In this document: one piece after another, positions 24,420 through 36,799 of the stretch
Layout of the letters: each line of letters begins with the position of its first letter
Numbering within the stretch: position 1 is the stretch's first letter
Assembly: GCF_964204645.1 (NCBI RefSeq)
Contig: NC_134029.1
Location: 14,812,950-14,876,949, forward strand
Length of the DNA: 64,000 bases
Origin: Tubulanus polymorphus
Lineage: Eukaryota; Animalia; Nemertea
Reading direction: 5' to 3'
The notes under the pieces: generated by a model
Seen by the model: the letters and a program-made list of their open reading frames with translations, nothing else
The model's database searches: none
What the model was told of the DNA's origin: nothing
Position numbers and translations under genes: made by a program

Positions 24420-24618
24420 ATCTCCCAGTTAGCTCTCCATTGTTACAAGCTGTTGTAAAAACACTTGAAAGATGGGAAGATATTTTGCACCTCAAACTGG
24501 AACTATTTTCTGGACCACCTGATGACTTCATTCCTGGTTGTTTAGTCGACCATGATATTGATGGACCATTTACTGATAAATACAAAACCATGCTTGACCC
24601 TAATCATTCACCATTCAC
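24420..24618 (+). CDS. DMXL2: DmX-like exon
   Basis: tttttcag|AT...AC|gtaagt. DLPVSSPLLQAVVKTLERWEDIL...FSGPPDDFI...KYKTMLDPNHSPF aligns to DMXL ELPVTSPL..VIKNLENWEQIL...FEGPP...KAMLEPENTPF. Confidence 0.95.
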
Positions 24619-24920
24619 GTAAGTATAGTAACTAGAATTTTCACTCGGCTGGGGAACTTGTTCGGCAAAATAATCCCGAGTCATCTCAGCGTTCAATTTG
24701 ATATAATCTCTTTATTATCAGGTCGGCTTCCAACCGAGACAAATGCTCAGTACAAACCACCAACTAAAATTCTATCTAAAAAGTGCTTCTTTGATTCTAT
24801 ATCGACTCTGCATTATATCTTCCTGCATAGTAACAAAAGCTTGGTATGAAAACAAAGGTGACAGACAATGCGTAATTTGAGCAAAACATGATATTTTGGT
24901 TAAAATAAAGAAATATATTT

Positions 24921-26530
24921 TTAGCATTGGTTGACCTCTATGATGTCATGCCAATGCTAGTAATTGGATCGAAAATAGTAGTACGAAAAAATTGCGCCGA
25001 CTCTTCTAATTTTCATAGTAACTTCTAATTGTCACTCCGTTCACGTAAAACATTAGAAACAGCTGAAAATTACTAAAAAAAAATGTTTCAATTATTCCCC
25101 ACAACATAGCGTCGCCAGATTTAATGCTCCAAAAAGTTATTCGATCGCATTTTTCTCGTTCATTATCTGGTTGATGAGAGCGGGTTAAACAATCGCGTAG
25201 CGATATGTCCGCATTGACATTGGCAGTATAGAATGGGGAACAGCCTCTTCTGAATAAAAAAACATAAAATTATGTACCTCCGGTTTATAAATATCACAGT
25301 GTTTGGATATCACTGTTATTCCAACTATCAGTATCCATGCGATTATTTGGGATTAATTCTCAGCGTCAGAACACGTATTTCTTGAGCAGTGGAACGGCAG
25401 CCTACTCGTGACTGAAACCTGTATGTGATCATGCGGGAATGCCTTTACTAAAGTTAAAACCATTTCATGATGACACGAAACATCAAACAGTAAACGGTAG
25501 GCTACCACCATGATACGATATCACCAATAAAGATAGATCATTTTATTCAATTTTACCAGAGTTGTTTATTGGAGGAAAATATCATTGTAAAGTACGCCGA
25601 GAACAACCATGTTGTATCATCAATCAGTTGACTGACATTGTAAAATTCGATTCGGCTATATTCTAATATAAGTTTTCACTTTAGGACGCCCTAAATGCGT
25701 TAAACAACAGTGATTGAATTTACGCGTTGTTTGTCGTAAATTGCAATATTGCGATGGTTATTTGCCGCTGCTGTAGTTTTTTGGAATTGAATCGAGCGGC
25801 CTTGGTAGCTCAGTGAGATAAGGCGTGATGCTGTTGAATCCACTATCTGCTCCCACGAAACATATCATGAGTGACAAGTAGGTTCGAGTCCTGCTGGCTG
25901 CGAACAGTGTGCGGGCAACACTTCAAAGGCCGTACCGTCGTGAGGTTAAATGAACAATCCAATTGGAATAGTCTTGGGAAACCAAGATCCAAACAACGTA
26001 CGTAAAGCCAAACAAACAAAAAGACAAACAAACAATCATCAGCCGGCCTCAGTGACACCAACGCCGGCATCCTTCTCTGCGACGTTTTGCATGCGTACAT
26101 GCATCAGAGCTTGGAGCTCTAAGATCAGAGGGTCTTGCAATTGCATTCAGAAAAATCGTTCTGTTTTAGTTTTCATTATTCAGTGGGGCCTAACAGTTCA
26201 TGCGTAAAAATGGGTTTTTGTATCCAAATCTTGATTGATATAAACATCTTGGCTGGGACAAGATGGAAAACATCAGAATAAACTAGTTTCGTCTTTTTAA
26301 CAGAATCGCATTAATGAGGTTTAACAGTACAAATAGCCTAGGCTAAATCGTTCGGCAGAAAATAAATTCATTTTCAGGAATAAAATTGCACTAGACAAAT
26401 AGACCTTTAAGTCTGTGGTCCTCCCAATCAACATCGTCATAGAAGACTTGCCGGCAGATGTAAAACATTATAACCACTTAATACCACAGTATAATCTACC
26501 AATGCTTCAAGGCCCATGGGCCTCTCGTTT
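24921..26530 (+). mobile_element. HINE-like family E (contains the SINE)
   Basis: 5' hairpin TAGCATTGG...CCAATGCTA and 3' ACCAATGCT + AGGCCCATGGGCCT. Homologous to 43288-47200, with fragments at ~19176 and ~36150. Confidence 0.7.
25794..26033 (+). mobile_element. tRNA-derived SINE
   Basis: A-box-like GGTAGCTCAGTGAG, B-box GGTTCGAGTCC and an (AAAC)n tail. Absent from the paralogous site at ~46720 (GGAATTGAATCATTCATCAG). Confidence 0.85.
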
Positions 26531-27740
26531 CAATTCATTACAAGACAATAATAATTTGATGCAGATAATGCATACTGCAACGGCTCAGCTTCTGGAATGC
26601 AAATGAGTCAGTCCGCGAATCATCAGGTAGTATCTGCTGTCGTACCGCACCATTAAGTTTTTTAAACCCTTTACATGGGGGCCAGTAGCAGAATCTTTCT
26701 TTCTCACTCTCTGCATCAGACCATCGGGACCATCAAATTCGACAATTAAGGAAGCCATGATCTGAAAATGTTTTTAAACAAATCCACGAATTAATGTGTC
26801 TTACGTGTGTTAACCCATTAGCACTCAGGAATTGCACTCAGGAATTGCACTATGTAGTGTCAATAACTCCTCAGAAATGCACTATGTAGTGTCAATAACT
26901 CCTCAGAAAATTTGAGGTAAAATCTAAGTTCATCACGATACCAAATAGCTCATTTGCTGTTTATTTCCATGTACTGCAAGTTAGTTTCATTTTGCAGTAA
27001 ATAGTCAAGCCTTTCATATGATATATGATTTGATGAGGTGGGCCTCCAAAATCATGTCCTTTTGGCCCCCAAAATTCATCCAAACTTACTTGGATTTGAA
27101 AAGAGCGCTCAGATGTGTCATGTTCAAACTCAAAATACTCGAGAAATTGAAATAGGAGGATGTTGATTCCTGTTCGGCATTTCGAGGACTTAGGTGTGTA
27201 ATTTATCCTAAGCTATTGGGCTCGAATCCCACTATAACCATTTTTGTGCAGCATACGAAAAAAAAGTACAAAACAAAATTAATTTTGATGAATTATTTGA
27301 TGCCTGCAAAAAAATGTAGAATTTTTGGGATAGGCTTATGTGGAATTGCAAATTTGAAATCGAAGTTTTAAGAAATTTGGGGAATTATGAGATTTGGCAA
27401 TTGGGTAGGTGATACAGAGTCTTCAACTGCAGTAGTGGTTTAATTTTTTTTTGGAGAATTGTCAATAATTGATAACTTGTCACTTCATTCACTTTTGCCT
27501 AAAAGCTGGTCTGCAACTTCATTTTGCCTCCATGGTTGAGGAAAGCTCTTCTGATGTCTGCTTCATCATGACTTTGGCTGTCACTCGATATCCTCTCAAG
27601 TCTGGATTTAAGTTGACATTGTCATTTAGAATAACTATGTTATTCTGTATGAATTTCGCATGTGTCTTGTATGTTGTATTTTTAGGGTTTTGTGTTACTT
27701 CACAGAAAACCCTATTGAGATTCGCGTGTTTCTTATTATT

Positions 27741-29155
27741 AGGCCAGTCGTAGGCTGAGCCTATTACTATACAAATGGAGCGAATTTAAATGACATGGTT
27801 TCCACACAAAAGGCTCTTTTGCTTGCCAAGTGAGGGCATATTCGAACAAATCACGTATTTAAGCGTAATCCATTCTCGGAATCGTAGCGAGCAGAATTTT
27901 GAAATAGGGTCTCATAAAAATGTTTTCTGCATTTTTCACGAAAGTTAAATCGGGAAAATTTCAATTTTTATCAGCCAATCAGGAAGTTGTGTCTTCCCTG
28001 TGATTGGTTTATCTGAAAATATCAGCAGCTGTTCACGTGAATTATCGCGATTTCATTACTGGCGCTTTTGCGCATGACGTCATGTATCAACACGCGACAA
28101 TACTTCCGCGTTCGCTACGTGTTCGCTGATTGGCCCATTTACTGGGAAATTCCACAGAAGCCTAATGTGGTTTGTTACAAGCGCTGTGATTGGCCCGACC
28201 CGATTCCGGCATGGCTTTAGCTTAGTGGGTTCGAATCCCTTGACGGGTGAAGATGATGGATCCTATCAATATCTATTGAAACAAATAAGTTTCCCGGTTG
28301 GGCAGCCGCGGATATCTACCGGAAGTGTTCCGGTTCGATATTTCGAGGTTTCTTTGAATTTTGGAGTGATATTGAAATCCGGTAAATACCAGCGGTAGAT
28401 TGTGAAAACCCATTGCATGATATTTGTATTACTTAATCAACGAAAAGCGTCGGGGCCGCGCCAGGAGTTTTCGTGATTCAAGTAGCGCAATAGCCTACTT
28501 CTTCGTGTTCGTCCACCTCAATTTTCACTCCGCCGATCTCTGACACGGCTCTGTCCCCGTCGGCGCTGTGATTGCACTTTCGTACCACCAAAATTTTTTA
28601 TTTCTATATCAGGGAGGTCTGGAGAATAAAAAAGTCAAAATTTGGATATCACATAGGCCTGATTTCATCGAATAAGTCGACCATGGTCGTTACGTTTCCG
28701 TGCTTATTACCACCTAAAACCGTCTGAACAATTTTGTCACAACCAACATTTCAACAGAGGGTATTTTTGACCAGGCAATTATGACGCACTTGGCAGCCAT
28801 CTTGGGGTCATCAGTACTCATTCGTAGGTGGAAAAAAAGTTTTTCCACATCATAATTGATACTTAAGCATATTTTGCTACTATAATCAATTGGAAAGTTG
28901 TAGCTCATGACATGTTCTATGATCGAGGTGAGTTTCAAGCTCATTGGTTTTTTTATGGCCACCAGGGGGCGTTGAACAATACAATAACTTAGTATTTCTA
29001 TATTACATTCGTTCCTGCTGTCTGTGTTAACACACGATTTTACTATGTAAATGATATTGAGCAGGGAGTGTATATTGATAAATATAACCCACAGATTACA
29101 TCATTTATAAAAAGCAAATCTGACAGGCTGGCCATTGTGCCCCTTGGGGCTCTTG
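27741..29155 (+). mobile_element. HINE family B, apparently uninterrupted copy
   Basis: Both termini present (AGGCCAGTCGTAGGCTGAGCCT ... CAGGCTGGCCATTGTGCCCCTTGGGGCTCTTG), inserted in a TTATT run. Confidence 0.75.
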
Positions 29156-30039
29156 TTATTACTTTGTCACACTATTTTCACTAAAAGAACATAGGCTTTT
29201 TTACCTTGCCACAGTTGCCAATACAATCTGTATGATATCCTTCAGCTCACTTCGATCTACAAATACTCTGTGCGTATTATCATGAATCAACGTTACAAAA
29301 GCACTTTCGGGCCGTAAACATCAAAAATTGGGCCCTATTCAATGAGACCACATGTTTTTCTGAGTCGTCATCCCGAAATCCAACGTAGGTTGCTCGTCAC
29401 TTCGATTATCAATTCAAGTGTAAATAAACAAATTAATTGCCGCAAGACGTTACATTCAGCCGCGGTCCTCAAACAGTAAATTTTGACAATTAGCCATTTT
29501 CTTCATCAGTACACTTAACCGACCAACAGTATATAATTTACTGCTCTAAATATTATAAGCTTTGTCAAGCTGGAAAGATCGATGAATCAACTTGTGTCTT
29601 TACATCCTCGTTCCGCGGAACCGCTGCGGGGTTCTCTTGCCATGAGAATCAAAGCAAGTACATATAAATTTATTACACAGCCATCTCAAAATGGTCACTT
29701 TTCAATAGTTGACTTTTAGGAACGATGTGTTTTGAGAGTAGCTGCTATGGTAGGAGTTACTATCACAAAGTCACTGTTTACAGACAGGTGGTTTTACAGT
29801 CACCTCTACTGCTAGTGTGCACTATCGAAACCAGATGTTTTAAAATGGTCACTTTTCTATAGTAGACTCTTCGAAACAGCCACTATATAAAACCAACCGA
29901 ATTGAAAGGAATACTATTTCAGAGTGACTGTTTTGAAATGAATACTACTGGAAAAGTAGCCGATATCGTTAATTGCTTATTGTTCTCAAGTGGCTACTAA
30001 GTAGAAGTAGACGTTTGGGCTCAAAAGTGCGATAGACAT

Positions 30040-32238
30040 GTTCTTGGATTCCGCCTTTCATATTATCTGTGCCATCATAACACTGTCCTCTACAGTCAAC
30101 GATCTCAAGATGAAGATTACCAACTGCCTCTTGGAGCAAGTCAGCCAATTGCTTACCAGTTGTACTGCTGCATCTGATGAAACCTATAAACGACTCTTAT
30201 ATTTCCATTTTAGAATCCACGTAGCACAAAATTAAAGCCATTTGTTCTAGGTTACCACAGTCCTGTGTTTCATCAGCAATGATTGAAAAGAAAAGAAACA
30301 CGTATCTCAGTGACAAGCTGGCTCAATCCATTAACGAATACACTCTATTATATCATATTGGATTGTTTTAGAACGATATGAGGCATTCTTTGGGACAACT
30401 TTGAAATGATTGGCAAGTACCTGGTCACCAGCTTCACAATGAAATTCTAACAGCTTTTTGAATCTTAAGATGCTTGGCATCTTCCCGATGACCTCATAGT
30501 GCTATGTATTGTTTTCCACAAAAAACTACAGTTTTCACAAGAGAAACAAGCACTAATCGATTTCTGGCAATGACATGTTGATTCCTCATTTACACTAAAG
30601 GTATGACCAAAGAAAACACATGATCGGCAAAACGCTCCAGATAGTTTTTGAGTGTATGCCAGCCAGGGGTACCGTATTTTCCGGTGTACAAGTCGACCTG
30701 GTGTATAAGTCGAGGTCAAATTTTCAGTTTAAAAAGTTGTGCTAGGGCTATAGTCGGTGTATAAGTCGAGTCGCTTCTTCATGTGTTTACATATGTCACA
30801 TTGAAAACAGTGCCGATGTCATCCTCATAGTAGTTGTGAGTCTTTACCACTGTTTGCATTATTAAATCATTGGGATCTGTTGTTTCTAATACTAAATTAC
30901 CGGATTAGTGCTCATTGTTTGTTTGTATCCACGTGTTGAATGTATAGTGTATACATTGAATGCCGTGCGCCTGTAGTCTAGTATTAGACTGTAGTCTAGT
31001 ATTAGACTGTAGTCTAGTATTAGACTGCTGTGTATTGATTATTGGCACGCTGCCACAGCATCGCGGCTTATATAAACACTGTACAATGAATATACGCGGT
31101 TTTCTTTCTTTTTTGATTTTTAACATTAGTTAATTTTGAAACATTTCCAAACTATAAGAAACTATTTTTATCAACATCCTAAATTCAAATTGGTATATGA
31201 GTGTAGCCTAACATAAATTTATATTCCATTTCATCATGGCGACCTTGAACTCTAAACATCGTCAGTTTAAAACGATATCGAAAGTGTAGCCGGTGTATAA
31301 GTCGACCTACGTTTTTTGGACATGATTTTTGGTCTCAAAAACTCGACTTATACACCTGAAAATACGGTAGTCCTGCAACCACGATTGCCTAAATGACCGC
31401 TTTCCAGTTTTTGGAAAGACATATGTAGCAGGAGGGATCCACAATCTGTTTAAACATACATATTTCTCAGCATCGCTCATCGTGGGCACGGTTTCAATAA
31501 AAAATCCTATGTCGTAAGTAGATATTGTCGGGCATTCTGCTGTGACCAGTTTCCCACTGGTTCCCTGCTCGGCTTCTAGTACAGTTGCCCTGCTATTTTC
31601 ATCATGCGTTTTCGAGCTCGGTTTCGGTATATTTTCTGACGTTTTTGCCATACATGTATCACTATGAACTACAAGTACGAAAAAAAAAGTTTGACTAAGG
31701 CCCTATCTTGTGATATAAACCGAAGGACAGGTTACCTTATGAGTGGACGTGATCGGGGTACACAACTTCTTTAGGTCTCAGATTGTGCCAGGACAAGCCT
31801 GCTTGATGACATTTTAATCCTTTAGGACGCTTTAAGCCTACGAAAGATCAATAACATATTTACCTGCGTCAAAACGCTTTGCCTTGGTGAAAAAACAATC
31901 GATAGTTGCCTGGCATATTGCGGCCACCATGCAGACGATGCGTGCCAACGGACAGACCCACGTGGCAGCTAGAGAGGGGTGTCCAGTAAGCAAAATTCGA
32001 AAACTGAACCAACAACCCATAGTACAAAAGAGGTATTTTTGTTGAACCATTATAGCGTATATAATTAGACAAAAACTACGACCTGAGAGGGTAATTGCGC
32101 ATCTGATATTTGTAGGATCAGTGTAAAGTAAACCTTTGTCTTTTCATATGCTTGTAGTGTTTTGGCAACTTTTTAATTTTTTTAAGCAGCTCTGACTGTC
32201 GCACTTGGGGCAATTGCGACAGCGTGGATCCGCACCTG
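30040..32238 (-). mobile_element. hAT transposon relic (ZnF-TTF + DUF4371, THAP12/ZMYM1-like transposase), 3'-truncated
   Basis: Minus-strand fragments YDIG...YVFPKTGKRSFRQSWLQDYPWLAYTQKLSGAFCRSCVFF, FKKLLEFHCEAGDQVLANHF..NASYRSKTIQ and FSIIADETQDCGNLEQMALIL. Terminus CAGGTGCGGATCC at 32238. Confidence 0.85.
30672..31367. mobile_element. Tc1/mariner-type MITE inserted in the hAT transposase
   Basis: TA|CCGTATTTTCCGGTGTACAAGTCG ... CGACTTATACACCTGAAAATACGG|TA. Confidence 0.9.
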
Positions 32239-32932
32239 CCCCAACCAGCCTGCCAATACAACAACCAGCCGGTTACAAAACCATTGAAAGCATGAAACCT
32301 GATGTGAGAGTAGGTTTATCGGTTTTTACCTAACCAATGATTCTTACAAAGTCGAAGAACAATTAAGTAAACTCACTTTGCTTACCCCAGGGGGACATAC
32401 ATGGCATTGTTGCAAAGATATATTGCAGATATGCAGCCCTTGGAATGAATGATAAGCTCCTGTGCTAATTTTCAAGGTGACATGATTTTAAATTTGGCTT
32501 TCAGGAAGTGCTGAATATATGAAAAAAATCAAACTCAAAAATCAAATGACCAGCGCAAGCTTCCCACAGCAGTCATGCAAAAAACCACAATCTAGAAGCA
32601 CCAACTAATTACCAACAAACCAACAGAAACCCAAACAGAATTGATTAGAGCATGTGTTACCAATTAGTTGTGTATTTCATACAGAATATGCATGAAAAAG
32701 TAGAAACTGAACAATTAGTAACACAAATAATCATAATCAGCAGAATTACTAGAGGGTTTCTGCGACAAAGCAGAAATGCTTACAAGGGGTATTTTCAACT
32801 CCCCCACAAAATTGAAATGCCAGAAAGCTATATTATTATTATTATTATATTATTATTTCTCAAATAAATGATGTCCTATAATTCGATGTAGGACAGTTCA
32901 TAACTTACAATTACTCCACCTATTATTTGTAG

Positions 32933-33044
32933 TACAAGTCACCATACTGCCTTACCAGCAAGACGGCTTTGGCTACATCTTGTGATGCAAAATGAATTAC
33001 AAGATTCATTTATTCGATACATCTTCAAGAAAAGGAAAAACAAT
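32933..33044 (+). CDS. DMXL2: DmX-like exon
   Basis: atttgtag|T...AAT|gtaagt. TSHHTALPARRLWLHLVMQNELQDSFIRYIFKKRKNN, cf. DMXL PVKRLWHFLVKQEVLQETFIRYIFTKKRK. Confidence 0.95.
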
Positions 33045-33558
33045 GTAAGTGAACATTCAGAGAAATGGAAAAAAGGGTGGGGAGATTCGTGGAACCCTTA
33101 ATACTTGAATGAACTGTAGTAAGGGTTTTGTGCTATTCGTAGAAAAGCCTATTGTTATTCCCGTTGTTGACTCATGTTATTTCGATGAACTCTACATAAT
33201 AGTTCTCAGGAGCTGTTCAGAATTAGCTTGCTCCAAAAGGATGTCTATAAATACTAGTCTTCCGGGCTCTATTTCATAAACAGTTTAAGGTAAGTATAGG
33301 TGAAATTTTATGGATAAGTTATCCTGGAGACTGTGGGTAACTGATTAGATTTTAGGTCCTCTAGGTCAAAGGTCAAGGTCACCTGAAGCTGTCTTGTATT
33401 TTTCATTTCCTGCCTTCATAACCAGGTCGACATACATTCAGGGTGCATCCACCTAATATGGGGGCATCAGTCGTCTTCAGCAAAATTCTATTGATTGCTG
33501 TATTAATTTGTCTGGTCCTTGGATCCATAGTTATCTGATAAATCCTTCTTTTTTTCAG

Positions 33559-33669
33559 TCAAATGACTTCATTGATGGAAATGCAGATTTATCAGGCGAA
33601 ACACCAGATGAGCCTGTTAAAATTATCCATAAGGATTTGGATGCCGTTACTGCATTTTGCGTCAATCAG
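33559..33669 (+). CDS. DMXL2: DmX-like exon
   Basis: tttttcag|TCA...CAG|gtactt. SNDFIDGNADLSGETPDEPVKIIHKDLDAVTAFCVNQ, cf. KVIHKESDMIMAFSVNK. Confidence 0.93.
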
Positions 33670-33844
33670 GTACTTGTGAAAGCTTTTAGCATTATCAGGT
33701 ACAAGCACAAACCTGTAGAAACCATTTGCATGTTTAGCCATTGGCTGTGAATATAGTAGCAGCATTTTGAAATGTTAAACATATTGATAGGTATTGACCT
33801 TTAATGCCCATTGAAATTGCTTCATTCACCTGCTGAAGTGTTCT

Positions 33845-35000
33845 CTGTTTTGGTTTACCTTTGTGGAGTTGGATAGTGGAGTGGCTTTAAGCCAATTGTG
33901 TTGAATCACGGTACATTTTTTTATGTGACTATTTTTTTTCATTTGATTCGACCAAAAGACATGTGAAACCTTCGACGGCGACATTGTCAGTTTTATTCAA
34001 ATTTCTTGAAAAACTGTTTTTGGCTGGAAACTTCTGGGCTTTCACATATAAAATTGCAATGACCTTGATTGGGGGTGTCATTTCTTCAAGCGAATGTAAT
34101 TCGCTGCTTTTGGGATGTACAGGGAATTATGGGAATTCGGCGCTACTAATGTAAATATGGGAAAACCTCAGAATGGCCAGCAGTTCATTTGACTAGGTAG
34201 AGACTGTTAACACAGGTTGATTGGCATATCCTTGACGCAATGTTGAATGCTTAGGTTCGCGATTAGATTTGTTCGGAACTATCTATTATTTGAACTGTCT
34301 AGGCCAAGTTGTCTGCAAGTTGTAGTTATATTTTGTTGGTTTACCTTTGTCAGCGATATGATATTGGTATTGAGCCAATTCATGTAAAATCGCGGTACGT
34401 TTTTTTATGTGAGCATTTGTTTCATTGGTTCTCGGCTTAAACGATGTATAATCGATGCGATTGAAGACATGGCGAACCTCCGTCGATGACATGGTCAACT
34501 GAGTTGAAATTCTACGAAAAACTGTTTTTGGCGGGAAAATTCTTAGCTCTGGCGTATAAAATTGCAATGACCTCGATTGGGGGGCGTCGTCTCTACGGGC
34601 GAATGTGATTGGCTGTTTTTGGGATATACGGGGAATTCCGGCGCTACTAAAATAATTATGGGAAAGCCATAGAATGGCGTACGTTTCATTGGACTAGGTG
34701 CTGTATACGTGCGAATTTCAAATGCTCATTGCTGGTGAGTATGTAATTATTTCACACATCCGCCATAGGTATTGTTTCATTTTAATACGCAGAGTGCTAC
34801 ATGACACACACACAAGCTCTTACAGTACACTACTAAAGGTGATGCTGTAACGCGTGCACGTTTGACATGAAAATAGGCTGAATAATCGTAGCAGAAGATG
34901 AGCGCTGTGTTTTCTGTTTGATAGAATTTGTAATAAATTGTAAACTGAAAATATTAAGCAGCAAACTATAAGTATAGGTCGAGGTCTGAATATTGTAGTC
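33845..35000 (+). repeat. Dispersed repeat, two tandem diverged units; close copy at ~51650-52010
   Basis: TTGGTTTACCTTTGT starts near 33850, 34336 and 51654, with extensive identity between 34336-34650 and 51654-51960. Confidence 0.75.
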
Positions 35001-35138
35001 GTAAATTCCAGGATTCAAAACGATCTAATAGCCGATTTCTTCTGTACCGGTATTTTAACTTCCGCGGCCAACATTGGAAGAGGTTTCCAACATCCGAAAT
35101 TCAGCTACCATCTAATATGTGACATCATATGAATTTTA

Positions 35139-35702
35139 GGCCATCCCATATTAATGGTCTGTTTGCCGTAACCCGACCGAACCGACTTCAAAGGTACCGA
35201 GTGAAAACTTTTTTCTGGGATTCATTGAAATAAATTTTATTTTTGATAAAAACGGCCGGCCGACGACCGACCCACTGCCGACGTATGAGCTACGTATGTT
35301 AGAATTCAAGTGTGCATCGTGTGAAAACATGCCTTGACATGTGGCCTAATTTAAGTTTTCCAGAAACTGGCAGTGTTCCAATAAGCTGCCATTCATTCTC
35401 ATAGTGACTATATTAAAGCTAAAAGCGCGCACTATTCAATGTACTGTTTCATTTATAACACAGAGATGATGCTCTGGACGAAGTTATAATTTTAGAATAA
35501 TCCTCGAAATCTATGCTATTAGACAAATTTCCCGTGCACAACGTAGATGATTTTTGCGATATTGTTTCCGTGTAGAAAAGGTGATAAATTTGTTTTTTTT
35601 TTTGCCCAAAAATTTTGCAAAAGAAATTTCTACCTACCTACCTACTCATCCTGAAAAGTTGAGTCGGTGTTACAGCAAACAGACAATTATTTTGGGATGG
35701 CC
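35139..35702. mobile_element. PIF/Harbinger-type MITE
   Basis: TTA|GGCCATCCCA ... TGGGATGGCC|TTA, with a longer imperfect TIR. Confidence 0.85.
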
Positions 35703-36000
35703 TTATTTGAATATTTTTTTCATATTGTGAAACTATTTTTTTTGAAAATATAATAGTTTCCCTGCCGCGCCTACCTGTACCCTACAAAATTTTGGACGTG
35801 GAGAGTAACCAAATGTACATCTTTGGTCTTATTTGACTACAAATTAATATAGGTAATATAGATAAAATACAATATAAACTTGTGGAACTTTGAAGTCACA
35901 AATAAAAAAGATTTTCCTAAAAATGCCCTTATTCCAAACAACCTCTAGCTTTCAAGGTAAACCACACTTTGCCCATGGGCAATTTATTTTTTCTTTTCAG

Positions 36001-36125
36001 GCTAATTTGAACTCTATTGCTTTATCAACTACCAAAGAGCTAATTGAAATGGACATTGGTTTAATTCTCAATCCTCCTGATTGGCTTGAAAATGAAACGG
36101 AATATGACATTGAGAAGATGTTCAA
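36001..36125 (+). CDS. DMXL2: DmX-like exon
   Basis: ttcttttcag|GCT...AA|gtaagt. ANLNSIALSTTKELIEMDIGLILNPPDWLENETEYDIEKMF(N), cf. ANCNEIVLASTHDVQELDV. Confidence 0.92.
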
Positions 36126-36799
36126 GTAAGTCTGAACAGCATAGCTTTTAACATTGCTTAACGTCTATGACATCAAACCTATGCTAGTAAAATGGATCAA
36201 ATGATATAGTGCAAAAATTAGCACCAGGGCTTCTCATTTTCATAGTGAATTCAAATAGAAATATAGCTTCGACACAGCATAACAGATTTTTTGTACAGAT
36301 TTGTTCGTAATCTTGTTCTTGTCTGGATACTGTGTTGACCACGATTGCAGGTATTTCGAAAAAGCATTCGATGAGGTACTTCATCAGCGAAACACCAGAT
36401 GAGCGTGTTAAAATTAACCTAATTGACCTGGACCAATTCGATTCAATATTTAAAACACATACAATACCAATGGTACGAGTTGCGTCATATGGATTCCTAA
36501 CTCCGGAGTTCTCGGAAAACGATTCTGTACGATGAAATGAAAATACAATAACGCTGTTCAGTTATGAAATTACGCCGGATACATTTCTTCAGTTCCTCAG
36601 CTTTCAGTTCCCGGACAGGCCCCAAATTTTTGTTATGGCTTGGACGGGAATGACCAGTAGAGATCCACAGCAAATATACCAAAGACTGAGCAGCAGAGTA
36701 CAGACATTTGCATGCTTTATTCAGCAATTTGAGAACTGAATTTGCGTTACAGTATTTCATATATATACAGGAAGTCACAGTAGATTAAACATAATGGTT

